A stretch of DNA of 64,000 nt, taken from positions 32,001 through 96,000 of the IMG/VR virus record IMGVR_UViG_3300045988_122718, one strand, 5' to 3'. Every line of letters starts with the position of its first letter. Position 1 is the first letter of the stretch. The stretch is from a virus. Made by a program: the position numbers and the translations under genes. Below are positions 41,677 through 50,865 of this stretch, piece after piece. The notes below the pieces were generated by a model, which did no database searches, was not told the origin of the DNA, and saw only the letters and a list, made by a program, of their open reading frames with translations.

Positions 41677-44600
41677 ATGATATTACCTAAAGACTTATTG
41701 TCAGAGAGTTATAGAAAACCAAAGGTTATATTGTGTCAAACAAACAAGGATAAAATTTGTCAATTAGATGCAACAGGACTGACTGGAACCTTTAAGTTTA
41801 ATAGCTATAGTGAAATTTCATTTAATGTTGCCTCTATTTATCATGATTTAATTACTGGTGAACAAAAGCGTACTCCATATTATGATTATATTGAAGGGCT
41901 TAGATTAGTTTATCTTGAAGGCTTTGGATACTTTCAGCTTCAGAATCCAGAGTTATATAGTGATGGTATTCAGGAATATAAACAAATAAATGCTTATTCT
42001 TTGGAGTATACACTATCTCAAAAATATCTAGAAACATTTATTATAAATAAGGGAGATGTAGGAGATACAATCGGCAGTATTGATGGAGCTGTTTTATATA
42101 ACCCATTAGATGTTGACCATAGTTTGCTTCATCTTGTATTACAAAAGGCATACGGTTGGACTATTGGACATGTTGATGATGAATTAGCATCACAAAGCCG
42201 TAGTTTCGAAGTTGATAGAGAGTCTATTTATGATTTTATCATGAATGATATGTGCGATACATTTAAATGTTATGTTGAATTTGATACTATCAACAATACA
42301 GTAAATGTGTATTCTGAAAATGAAATTGAGCGCTTTATCGGAGATGGAGAAACAGATACGTTTAAATTATCAAATGGGATTTCTGAAACTACTACTGTTA
42401 CCATCAATGGTCATGTAGTTACACAGTATAAATACAATGAAGATACAAAAGAGCTAATACTTACTCCTGCTCCGGCTCAAGGAGATATTGTAGAGGTTAC
42501 GGATGAATTCAAGCACAAATATGACACAGATATAATTATTGCATTTGAAAATCTGTCAAATGAAATGAAAGTAAACTATTCTTCAGATGATATAAAGACA
42601 GTTCTTACGGTAAAAGGCGCAGACGACTTAGACATTCGTAATGTTAATTTTGGATTGCCTACAATTATGAATCTTGACTACTATTGTACTCCAGAATGGA
42701 TGGGCGAGAAGCTTTATAATGAATACCTTTCATATGTTGACAAACAAGATAAATATATGAGCGGATTCTATAGTAGAGACATTGCAGGTTCTACAGAGGA
42801 AACATTTAATGTTGAAACAACTAAAGAAAGTTTTGTTGTTGGTAACACGCAAGAATTTATAGCAAAAGGATCACAAGAATCTTTTAACGCAAATGGTGAT
42901 GTGTCATATTTTAATATAGATAAAGCACAAGTAACTTATCAGATAAATAGTGTAGTTGAAAAATTAGATGTCAAGGCAGAATCAATGGTATTTGTTCAGC
43001 CAAAACTTTTATCAGAGAAGCATACTGTTGAGCTTGATGAAAAAACATTTATTCTTAAAAATAAAATTATTGTTCCAAAAGATACGAAGGTTTATGTTAA
43101 TGACGAAGAAATAAACGAAAATCAGTATGAATATGATGCTAATAAAAAAGAGTTGACAATTGTTGATGATTCACTTCAATTATCGACGGGAGATATAATT
43201 AAGATAGAAACACCAGAAAATAGCATTCAAACTAATTTTATCTTTGACAATCCTGATAACAAAAATATAGTCGTTAAAGTTAACGGAGAAGAAACTGAAA
43301 AATATGAAACTAACACAACCGGATTAAAAATTGCTGACGATGCAATTTTAAACTATGGAGACACTGTTATTGTAGAATTGATTGATAACAAGTTCAATTT
43401 AAGTAGTACAAAAGATAGAATTATTTCTGTAACTGTAAACGATAGAGATGTGGAGAAATATATTAGGAACGGAAACGTCTTATCTATAACCGACAATAGT
43501 TTGCGTAGTGGTAATATAGTTTCTGTAAAGTCTGTTGGCACAGAAAATACTATTGATTTGTCTCAACATAAAGATAAGGTTGTTGTATCTGTTAGTGTTG
43601 GTGAGAATGAAATTGATTCATATACATTAGAAAATTATAGGCTAACAGTTAATTATGAAGTCAGCCCTGGTGATGAAATAGTTGTTAAGTTGGTCAACAA
43701 CAAATTCGCTGTGCCTCAAGTAAAAGACAGAATATTGTCAGCCGAGATTGATTCTAATAACATCCAAGATTATTCTTTTTCTTTTATTAATGACGTACTA
43801 ACCATCAATGAATTGAAAGCTCTATACAATGGCACACAAGTTATATTGAAGTCTGTTGACGAATACTTTATTTTAAATAAAGAAGGCAGGGCTACATCTG
43901 TTTTTATTGATGGTATAGAAATTGGTGATAGTGAGTTTGATTATGATGATAATAAGTTAACTATCACATCAAATGTAATAACACCAGAAAGCAATATAAT
44001 AGTAGAGTTTGTAGGCACCTCTTTTCATTTAACCATAAGTGGAAGAATTAGTTCTGTTAGTATCAATGGAAAGAAAATAGAAAATTATAGCTTTGATGAA
44101 TCAAAAAGAATGTTAATTATTGATGATGAAAGTTTAATTTCGAATTGTAAAGTTAGTGTAGAAATAATTAACAATATGTTTTATTTATCAAATGTTCAGG
44201 AAAATGTGTCGTTATATGTTTATATTAATGGAATAGAAACGAAAAATTATGAACTTAAAAATAATGAATTAACTATAAAAGACACTCTGAAAATAAAAGA
44301 TACTGTGTCTGCTGAATATACAGACAACCATTTCCAAATATCGGGAGATATTGGATTAAGGCATGTAGTCGAAAAAGAATCGTCAGATGGTTCTTCCGAA
44401 AGTATTCAAGAAGGAACCGGATATGAATATGATGATACTACTAAAATATTAACAATCAATATTCCTCTTAAAAATGGAGAAAAAATAGTAGTTAAAAACA
44501 TTGATACTACAAACGCTTTAAGAGTCGTTCAATCAAATGCAAAAGAAGGAGAAATCCTGCTTGAAGATGTAACCCCAACATTGAAGTCATATGAACCAAA

Positions 44601-46569
44601 GGTCGGAGACTATGTTATAAAAATAGAAAGCTATACAACTATTTTGAAACAACTGTACGAGTTGATAGATAAACAGTTAACAGAAGAAAACTCTGTACCA
44701 GATGATTATGAAATTATAGAAATAAAACTAAACCCAGATAACTTCAATGAGGTCAATAAGTTTTTACCAGAAGCTGACATAGAGCATCTTGGAAATGTTT
44801 ATAAGATTACTAACCAAGAGAAAATCGTTGATGAAAGTGGTGGCGTTTCATATAACGACATAGCTTATAAGTATTATGTCTGTGAAATGAAGATGTCAAC
44901 ATATGTAGATGATGATGGAAAAGAGCAGCAACAGTATAAGTATGTTTGGAATGAAAGAGAATTAGTGTTTGGTGGAGATGGTATAAACTCTCTTAAGGAA
45001 AGAATAGATATTTATTCCGCCATTAATGATATACAAATTGCTGCAGAATGGGATCAAAAGCCACAAGGTAGCGATGAATATCAAAGCTATTCTGATAACT
45101 TGAAGAAGCTACAAGATACCAAAAAGGAATTAGAAGAGAAACAAAAAGCAGTTGATAGTATAGAAGAAGAAATAAAAAGTGCTCAAGACGAAATCAGAAT
45201 GATATCAGAAGATATCAATGTTGATAAAAACTTTTCGCCAGAGAGCTTAGATAGGCTTTCTTTATTCTTACGTGAAGATGAATATTCTGATGATTGTTTC
45301 TGTACTACAGACATTGATACGGATTTAGACATAATCAACACACAGAAAGAGCTATTAGTTGCTGGATATAAAAAGTTAAAGACCATTTCAAGACCAACAT
45401 TATCATTCTCTGCTTCTATGAAAAACATTTATGCAATCCCAGAGTTTGAGCCAATATTACATCAATTCAAACTTGGAAATTTTATAAAAGTTAGAATCAG
45501 AAAAGATTTTATTAAGAAGGCAAGATTACTTGAGGTGCAATTAGATTTTGACGACTTAAGCAATTTCTCATGTACATTTGGAGATTTACTGTCTGCAAAA
45601 GACCAAGGAGATATTCACGCTGATTTGTTGGCGCAAGCAATTAATGCCGGAAAAGCAGTGGCAAGTGGCTCTGCAAACTGGCAAAAGGGCTATAATGTTG
45701 CTACTGCGATTGATGAAAAAATTAAGCAAGGATTGATTGATGCAACGACTTCTATAAAATCAAATTCTGCCGGTCAGGACATTTCATGGGACAATTATGG
45801 TATTCATTTACGCAAAGTTGTTGATGGTATTCTAGACAAACATGAAGGATGGATTACGAACAACAAGTTCTTATATTCTGATGATAATTTCCAAACTACA
45901 AAATCTGTATTCGGTAATTATACTATTGAAGGAGAAACATATTGGGGCATTCTTGCTGGATGCGTTAGTGCTGGTCTTATTGAAGGTAGCCATATTATCG
46001 GTGGAGAAATATGTATTGGCTTACAAGAAGATGGAACTTATGCGTTTAAAGTAGACAAAGACGGAACGGTAACGATGAATAAAGGTGACGCAGCAGAAAA
46101 GTTATCCTACTTTAGTTTTGATGGAGATAATGGTTTGATTGTTGGTGAAAATAAAGAGGGAGATTATTTCTCAAGAGTTTCTGCGCAAAAAATTGAATTT
46201 TGTCGCAAAGCAAGAATTATTGTTGTAACATCTGAACCAACACATAAATACGATAATTATGATTATGTTCTATATCAACACACAGAAGGTTCGACTACTT
46301 ATTTTGATTATTATAAGAATCCAGACTTCGTATATAAAAATGAAGAACCATTATATGAGGCACGTGCCATTGGAGAAAATTTTGAAGACCCTGAAATAAA
46401 ATTCGGCATCCCAATTACTTATTTTGCAAATAATACAGCATATATGAAACAGGCAGAAATAGAAGGAAGTTTAAAGGTTGGTACAGAAGAACAAACCCCA
46501 TCTATTTCTTTGAAGAATTTCAGAATACAAATAGAGAGCAATGGTAGTTTGTCTATTGTAGCAACATAA
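41677..46569 (+). CDS. tail-associated protein Tal (1630 aa) with an internal tandem repeat array
   Basis: RBS GGGAGGTGG lies upstream and the gene follows Dit. The N-terminus resembles the phage minor structural protein N-terminal region (LDATGLTGTFKFNSYSEISFNV...YLEGFGYFQL). A repeat array lies at 43085-44345, and a coiled coil near 45100-45230. Confidence 0.7.
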   Translation: MILPKDLLSESYRKPKVILCQTNKDKICQLDATGLTGTFKFNSYSEISFNVASIYHDLITGEQKRTPYYDYIEGLRLVYLEGFGYFQLQNPELYSDGIQEYKQINAYSLEYTLSQKYLETFIINKGDVGDTIGSIDGAVLYNPLDVDHSLLHLVLQKAYGWTIGHVDDELASQSRSFEVDRESIYDFIMNDMCDTFKCYVEFDTINNTVNVYSENEIERFIGDGETDTFKLSNGISETTTVTINGHVVTQYKYNEDTKELILTPAPAQGDIVEVTDEFKHKYDTDIIIAFENLSNEMKVNYSSDDIKTVLTVKGADDLDIRNVNFGLPTIMNLDYYCTPEWMGEKLYNEYLSYVDKQDKYMSGFYSRDIAGSTEETFNVETTKESFVVGNTQEFIAKGSQESFNANGDVSYFNIDKAQVTYQINSVVEKLDVKAESMVFVQPKLLSEKHTVELDEKTFILKNKIIVPKDTKVYVNDEEINENQYEYDANKKELTIVDDSLQLSTGDIIKIETPENSIQTNFIFDNPDNKNIVVKVNGEETEKYETNTTGLKIADDAILNYGDTVIVELIDNKFNLSSTKDRIISVTVNDRDVEKYIRNGNVLSITDNSLRSGNIVSVKSVGTENTIDLSQHKDKVVVSVSVGENEIDSYTLENYRLTVNYEVSPGDEIVVKLVNNKFAVPQVKDRILSAEIDSNNIQDYSFSFINDVLTINELKALYNGTQVILKSVDEYFILNKEGRATSVFIDGIEIGDSEFDYDDNKLTITSNVITPESNIIVEFVGTSFHLTISGRISSVSINGKKIENYSFDESKRMLIIDDESLISNCKVSVEIINNMFYLSNVQENVSLYVYINGIETKNYELKNNELTIKDTLKIKDTVSAEYTDNHFQISGDIGLRHVVEKESSDGSSESIQEGTGYEYDDTTKILTINIPLKNGEKIVVKNIDTTNALRVVQSNAKEGEILLEDVTPTLKSYEPKVGDYVIKIESYTTILKQLYELIDKQLTEENSVPDDYEIIEIKLNPDNFNEVNKFLPEADIEHLGNVYKITNQEKIVDESGGVSYNDIAYKYYVCEMKMSTYVDDDGKEQQQYKYVWNERELVFGGDGINSLKERIDIYSAINDIQIAAEWDQKPQGSDEYQSYSDNLKKLQDTKKELEEKQKAVDSIEEEIKSAQDEIRMISEDINVDKNFSPESLDRLSLFLREDEYSDDCFCTTDIDTDLDIINTQKELLVAGYKKLKTISRPTLSFSASMKNIYAIPEFEPILHQFKLGNFIKVRIRKDFIKKARLLEVQLDFDDLSNFSCTFGDLLSAKDQGDIHADLLAQAINAGKAVASGSANWQKGYNVATAIDEKIKQGLIDATTSIKSNSAGQDISWDNYGIHLRKVVDGILDKHEGWITNNKFLYSDDNFQTTKSVFGNYTIEGETYWGILAGCVSAGLIEGSHIIGGEICIGLQEDGTYAFKVDKDGTVTMNKGDAAEKLSYFSFDGDNGLIVGENKEGDYFSRVSAQKIEFCRKARIIVVTSEPTHKYDNYDYVLYQHTEGSTTYFDYYKNPDFVYKNEEPLYEARAIGENFEDPEIKFGIPITYFANNTAYMKQAEIEGSLKVGTEEQTPSISLKNFRIQIESNGSLSIVAT
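43085..44345 (+). repeat. about 8 tandem copies of a diverged ~52-aa coding module within Tal
   Basis: Each unit reads V.(V/I)NG.E......Y..(D/N)...LTI.D..L..GD.(I/V).V. Units start near 43091, 43273, 43430, 43590, 43741, 43900, 44055 and 44218. A solitary related copy sits at about 42334-42500 (FIGDGETDTFKLSNG...VTINGHVVTQYKYNEDTKELILTPAPAQGDIVEV). Confidence 0.7.
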
Positions 46570-46584
46570 TGGAGGTGAAATAGA

Positions 46585-48345
46585 ATGGGAGTATCAAGCG
46601 GAGCATTTGAAACAAGTGTATATAGTATTGGTGATCAATATCCAAATAGAATAAGAGTAGAATGGTCTTCTTCTCAAAGTGTTGCAAATAATACATCAAC
46701 TATTTATTGGAAAGCAGTAGCTGCTGGTGGGTACGGAAATTGGTTTGTAACAACAGGGCCAGTAATTATTAATATTGCAGGTGTAGAAGTTTTACGTAGG
46801 TCAAGTCGATTTGATATGACACCAGGTATGCAGATTGGTTCAGGTAGTTTTACTTTAACACACGATTCTCAAGGAAACAAAACATTAACAGCGTGGGCAG
46901 AAGCTGCAATTTATACATATGCAATTAGTAGCACAAGATATGGCTACTCTGTTGATTTGCCACAGATTCCAAGGTCGTCTAGTTTTAGTATAAGTGGAAG
47001 TACAATGGGTTCACCATTAACTATTCAGATTTCGAAAGCAGTATCTTCTTTTACACATACATTAACTTGGCAATTTGGAAATAAAAAAGGCACAATAGCG
47101 ACCCAAACTTCTAATTCATCTGTAACATGGACCCCTCCATTAGATTTGGCAGACCAAATTCCAAATGCAACATCTGGCTATGGAACTATTTGGTGTACGA
47201 CTTATAATGGAGGAAGTAATGTTGGACAAAAATCTGCTAATTTTACTTTAAATATTCCATCAAATATAATTCCTTCGATTAATAGTTTTACATCATCTAT
47301 TGCTAGTACTAAACCATCTGGATGTGGAATGTATGTTAAAAATAATTCAACAGTAAGGTGGAACGCATCGGTTTCTGGAATTTATGGGTCAACTATTAAG
47401 AAATGTGTTATTAATGGTCCCAATTTGTATTATGAAACTACAAACTCTTCTAGTTCATATAGTGCAACGAGTTCTACATTAACAACTTATGGTAGAAAAG
47501 AATATACAATTACAATTACAGATAGTCGTGGAAGAACGACAAGTAGAACACAAGGAATTGATGTAGTAGATTATAATGCTCCATTAATTACTTCATGTAC
47601 TTCATTTAGAAGTGATTCATCTGGTAATATTAATGGATCTGGAACATATGTAACTCATAAAATTACAGCATCGTTCTATACATTAAGTGGTAAAAATAAT
47701 ATAAAAATTATTGCATATAGCAAAGAGGGGAAATCTAATACGTATGGCAATAATGTAACTATTAAAAATGATACAAACAATACAATAAGTTATGTGCGTA
47801 CATTTAGTTCTTTTGATGTATCAAAAACATATGATTTTAAATTTGTAATTTCTGATAGCGTTGGTGGTTCTTATACATCTTATACACATGTTGGTACTAA
47901 AAATTTGCCAATAAATATTGCAAATGACAACAATTCTATAGCAATCGGTGGATTTGCACAAACATCTAAAAATAATACAGGTAGATTTGATTGCTTTTGG
48001 GAAACACATTTGCCATCAGAACCTATAATCGGCTCGGATAGAAAACTAAAGACAGATATTGAAGATGTTGATATTGATATAATAGACCTTCTTCATCCAG
48101 TGAAATATAGGCTAATCAATGAATCTTCTGGAACTATTCATTACGGACTTATTGCACAAGATGTAGAAGATACTCTTTCTAGTGTTGGAGTAAATTATAA
48201 AACTGGAATTGTTCATTATGATGAAGACGACAAAACAAATGAACGTTCAAATTATGCATTGGCATATGGCGAAATCATCCCCCTGTTAGTAAAGAAGTGT
48301 CAGGAGCTTCAACAGGAAATAAATGAGTTGAAGAAAAAACAATAA
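46585..48345 (+). CDS. tail fibre/upper baseplate-like protein with C-terminal peptidase S74 intramolecular chaperone domain
   Basis: RBS GGAGGTGAA lies upstream. The N-terminus is DUF859-like. The C-terminus (IIGSDRKLKTDIEDVD...VKYRL...IHYGLIAQDVEDTL...ALAYGEIIPLLVKKCQELQQEI) matches the auto-cleaving chaperone domain. Confidence 0.7.
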   Translation: MGVSSGAFETSVYSIGDQYPNRIRVEWSSSQSVANNTSTIYWKAVAAGGYGNWFVTTGPVIINIAGVEVLRRSSRFDMTPGMQIGSGSFTLTHDSQGNKTLTAWAEAAIYTYAISSTRYGYSVDLPQIPRSSSFSISGSTMGSPLTIQISKAVSSFTHTLTWQFGNKKGTIATQTSNSSVTWTPPLDLADQIPNATSGYGTIWCTTYNGGSNVGQKSANFTLNIPSNIIPSINSFTSSIASTKPSGCGMYVKNNSTVRWNASVSGIYGSTIKKCVINGPNLYYETTNSSSSYSATSSTLTTYGRKEYTITITDSRGRTTSRTQGIDVVDYNAPLITSCTSFRSDSSGNINGSGTYVTHKITASFYTLSGKNNIKIIAYSKEGKSNTYGNNVTIKNDTNNTISYVRTFSSFDVSKTYDFKFVISDSVGGSYTSYTHVGTKNLPINIANDNNSIAIGGFAQTSKNNTGRFDCFWETHLPSEPIIGSDRKLKTDIEDVDIDIIDLLHPVKYRLINESSGTIHYGLIAQDVEDTLSSVGVNYKTGIVHYDEDDKTNERSNYALAYGEIIPLLVKKCQELQQEINELKKKQ

Positions 48346-48381
48346 AAAATGGATTAAAAGGAGATAATTTATTATGAATGG

Positions 48382-48852
48382 GTGATTTTTATGGAATTGA
48401 TAAAAGATATCGCGGCTGTTATTGGCTGTATATCTGCTTTTATCGCACTTATTACTACAATTTTTAAACCAGTTAGAAAAAAGATTATCAATTGGATTAA
48501 ACATACATCTGAGGCAAGTGAGACTTCTGCGGCAATTAAAGATATTAATGCTAATATTACGGCACTTGAAAGTAATGTAGGGGCGATTCTTGAGCGTTTA
48601 GATAAAATAGATAATCGTATTAAAACATTAGACGAGAGAGTGTTTGAGAATGAGCGTGATAGGATTAAAGCAGAATTATCAGAGTGCGCATCTCGTTGTG
48701 CCCGTAGTATAAAACTTTATCCAGAAGAAAAGCTTCATATTGATGAAATTTATTCTAAATACAGCAACAAACTTCACTGTAATTCTACTGGATCTGAGGC
48801 GTACCATGAAATAGTAAAGTATTATGAAAATCAAGATTGGCTAAATGTATAA
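48382..48852 (+). CDS. membrane-anchored coiled-coil protein (possible moron or superinfection-exclusion candidate)
   Basis: An N-terminal TM segment (IAAVIGCISAFIALITTIF) is followed by coiled coil. It is the last plus-strand gene before a strong terminator. The start is ambiguous (GTG 48382 or ATG 48391), and a 3-codon mini-ORF (ATG AAT GGG TGA, 48374) follows the RBS. Confidence 0.5.
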   Translation: MIFMELIKDIAAVIGCISAFIALITTIFKPVRKKIINWIKHTSEASETSAAIKDINANITALESNVGAILERLDKIDNRIKTLDERVFENERDRIKAELSECASRCARSIKLYPEEKLHIDEIYSKYSNKLHCNSTGSEAYHEIVKYYENQDWLNV

Positions 48853-48861
48853 TAAATATTT

Positions 48862-48897
48862 AAGGACTGAGATTAATTTCTCAGTCCTTATTTTTTG
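48862..48897. terminator. bidirectional rho-independent terminator between convergent units
   Basis: An 11-bp perfect stem (AAGGACTGAGA, loop TTAATT, TCTCAGTCCTT) is followed by ATTTTTT on the plus strand and an A/T-rich tail on the minus strand. The stop codon of the minus-strand RHH gene lies inside the stem. Confidence 0.8.
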
Positions 48898-49051
48898 CGT
48901 TATTATAATTATCTATATATTCTTTTAGCACCATATTAATTAAATTAGTTACTGTTCTACTCTCTTTCATTGCAATTTGCTCCAATTGAAAGCGCTGTGA
49001 AGCCGGCATTCTTAATGTGAAATTTACACTATCTTTAGCTTTTATTTCCAA
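48881..49051 (-). CDS. ribbon-helix-helix (Arc/CopG-like) small DNA-binding protein, TTG start (absent from the ORF track)
   Basis: Manual translation of the minus strand gives (M)EIKAKDSVNFTLRMPASQRFQLEQIAMKESRTVTNLINMVLKEYIDNYNNAKNKD*. This is a beta-strand (FTLRMP) plus two helices. GAGGGGAG lies 8 nt upstream of the TTG. The product is 56 aa. Confidence 0.6.
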   Translation of the reverse strand: MEIKAKDSVNFTLRMPASQRFQLEQIAMKESRTVTNLINMVLKEYIDNYNNAKNKD

Positions 49052-49074
49052 ATTTATCACTCCCCTCTCATATA

Positions 49075-49103
49075 ATTTTACTTCATTCTCGTGTCATTTG
49101 CAA
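49075..49103 (-). promoter_or_regulatory. sigma-70-like promoter for the RHH gene
   Basis: On the minus strand: TTGCAA (49103-49098), a 17-nt spacer, then TAAAAT (49080-49075). It lies about 24 nt upstream of the TTG start. Confidence 0.45.
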
Positions 49104-49104
49104 T

Positions 49105-49138
49105 GCAAAAATAGAAAGAGTGGTTGAAACCACTCTTT
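49105..49138 (-). terminator. terminator after the integrase gene
   Basis: On the minus strand: AAAGAGTGGTT, loop, AACCACTCTTT, followed by CTATTTTT. The stem overlaps the integrase stop codon. Confidence 0.6.
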
Positions 49139-50279
49139 ACTTAAGATTTTTTATAACAGATATAGATTCATTTTGTGTTTCTTGCAACAAATGAGAATAT
49201 ACTGTCATTGTAACGTCAATTTTTGCGTGTCCAACTATTTTCGAAATCATTGTTATCGGAACACCTTGGTCAATAAGCGTACTTACGAATGTGTGCCTCA
49301 ATGAGTGTGGCCCACACTGTTTTATGTTTGCTTGTTTTAATATACGCTGAAATACCTTATACGCATCAGCAGGGCGAACTATTGTATTATATCTTGAGCG
49401 TACAATGTACTGTTCTGGATCATATCCTTTTTCTTTTTTCAAATCGTTAAGAGCCTCTATTGCCATGTCTGATAAAAACACGGTTCTCCCTCTTCCTACC
49501 TTTGTAGTTGATTGATCAATAAGAATTTTGCTTCCATCATTTTTTGTTCGGTCTTTTACATATACTATGGTTCTTGATACATAGACTGTTCTTTTTTCAA
49601 AGTCAATATATTTCCACTTAAGTGCGAGCCCTTCGCCAAGTCTAAGCCCAGTATACATTAAGAAAACATAAAATGCACCATATTTAAATCTTCTTTCCCC
49701 GTTACTATATTTCATATAGCAGGCGTTTACCAACCTAGCTCTTTCCTCTTCTGAAAAGAATCTTTGCTCTTTTTCTTCAAATAGTTCTCGTTTTGGCATC
49801 ACTACATTGTCTATTGGGTTTTTGTTTACTTTTCCTCTGGCTATAGCATAATCAAAAATTTGCCCCAATGTTCCATAAGCTTTGCGAATTGTTGAACGTG
49901 AATACCCGTCTGTTTTAAACTTATTTATTATCATAGTTTGAATTAAACTATCATCTATTTGCTGCAATGCCAAATCCCCTAACTGTTTAATTAAAAAATT
50001 TTCTGTTATGTCTGCAAGTCTATCATATGAGGCTGGTTTAATAGATGGCTGTTTAATATTTTTAAGCCATGAACGAGCAAAATCCTTAAATAAAACGTCT
50101 TTCTCTCCAACAATACCTGTTGACAATAACGCTTCAAATTCTTGCTTTTTATTTAAGCACTCTTGCTTGGTGCCATAGAAATATTTCCTGCCAAATCCCT
50201 TGTATGATACAGATAACTTCCATTTACCATTATCGCGCTGCGTCCAAGATCCTTCTCCGTTCATTCTCTTCTTTGCCAC
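49137..50279 (-). CDS. int: tyrosine recombinase / phage integrase
   Basis: AAAGGAG lies 8 nt upstream of GTG at 50279, giving (M)AKKRMNGEGSW, a typical Firmicutes phage integrase N-terminus. The C-terminal catalytic pattern is RTVFL...HSLRHTFVSTLIDQGV...VGHAKIDVTMTVYSHL (R..HxxR..H..Y). Confidence 0.85.
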   Translation of the reverse strand: MAKKRMNGEGSWTQRDNGKWKLSVSYKGFGRKYFYGTKQECLNKKQEFEALLSTGIVGEKDVLFKDFARSWLKNIKQPSIKPASYDRLADITENFLIKQLGDLALQQIDDSLIQTMIINKFKTDGYSRSTIRKAYGTLGQIFDYAIARGKVNKNPIDNVVMPKRELFEEKEQRFFSEEERARLVNACYMKYSNGERRFKYGAFYVFLMYTGLRLGEGLALKWKYIDFEKRTVYVSRTIVYVKDRTKNDGSKILIDQSTTKVGRGRTVFLSDMAIEALNDLKKEKGYDPEQYIVRSRYNTIVRPADAYKVFQRILKQANIKQCGPHSLRHTFVSTLIDQGVPITMISKIVGHAKIDVTMTVYSHLLQETQNESISVIKNLK

Positions 50280-50342
50280 AATAACCACTCCTTTAACAAT
50301 ACAAAATTAATTGTACTACTATTATAATTTATGTTAACTGAT

Positions 50343-50647
50343 GTGGTCAAGTTGTAAATTTCGTACCACATTTATACCACAATTATGGTATTAAATATGG
50401 TGAAAAAACATCAAAAACAATGAATGTTAGTGAAATGCTTATAATTTATATATTAGGGCTAATCCATTGAAAATACTAGACTTGTTAATTCTATAATGAT
50501 AATATTTATTGCACTAATATTTATTCAAATGGATATACTAAACCTACCTAGGTAAGAACTTCAAAGTATTGATTCGACTAGTGTTTGTGTGAATGTGTTT
50601 TGTATTTGACCACATCATTTACCACAATTTGATTGTACCACAATTTG
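50343..50647. repeat. attP-like region: clustered (T/G)ACCACA(A/T)T repeats flanking an AT-rich centre
   Basis: TACCACAATTTG occurs as an exact direct repeat at 50620-31 and 50636-47. Related sites are TGACCACAT (50607-15), TACCACAATT (50375-84), TACCACATTT (50364-73) and inverted GTGGTCA (50343-49). The region lies between the xis-like and int genes. Confidence 0.5.
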
Positions 50648-50670
50648 CAATGCATAGCAAGGCTTAATAA

Positions 50671-50865
50671 TTATTTTTTATATGCCAATGTCTTTTTCTC
50701 GAACCATGCATCAACTTTATCTTCAATGATAAGAAATTTGTTACCGATTCTTACCGAAGGGAAATCTTTTCTTTTGACAAGATCATACACAGAATTGATT
50801 CCTATTATTCCTGGATGTTGTGTATTTAGTTTTTTATATAATTGTTTTACCGTTATATACTTCAT
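50671..50865 (-). CDS. excisionase-like helix-turn-helix DNA-binding protein (HTH_17/MerR-like)
   Basis: AAGGAGAT precedes ATG at 50865. The sequence MKYITVKQLYKKL...INSVYDLVKRKDFPSVRIGNKFLIIEDKVDAWFEK fits the excisionase-family HTH. Confidence 0.65.
   Translation of the reverse strand: MKYITVKQLYKKLNTQHPGIIGINSVYDLVKRKDFPSVRIGNKFLIIEDKVDAWFEKKTLAYKK

Noticed and set aside
50289-50670. A tRNA gene or CRISPR-like array in the int/xis intergenic region.
   Set aside because: The region is very AT-rich, with no cloverleaf-compatible stems or a GTTCGAATC-type T-loop. The repeats are short (10-12 nt), irregularly spaced and partly inverted. That fits protein-binding sites, not CRISPR repeats.
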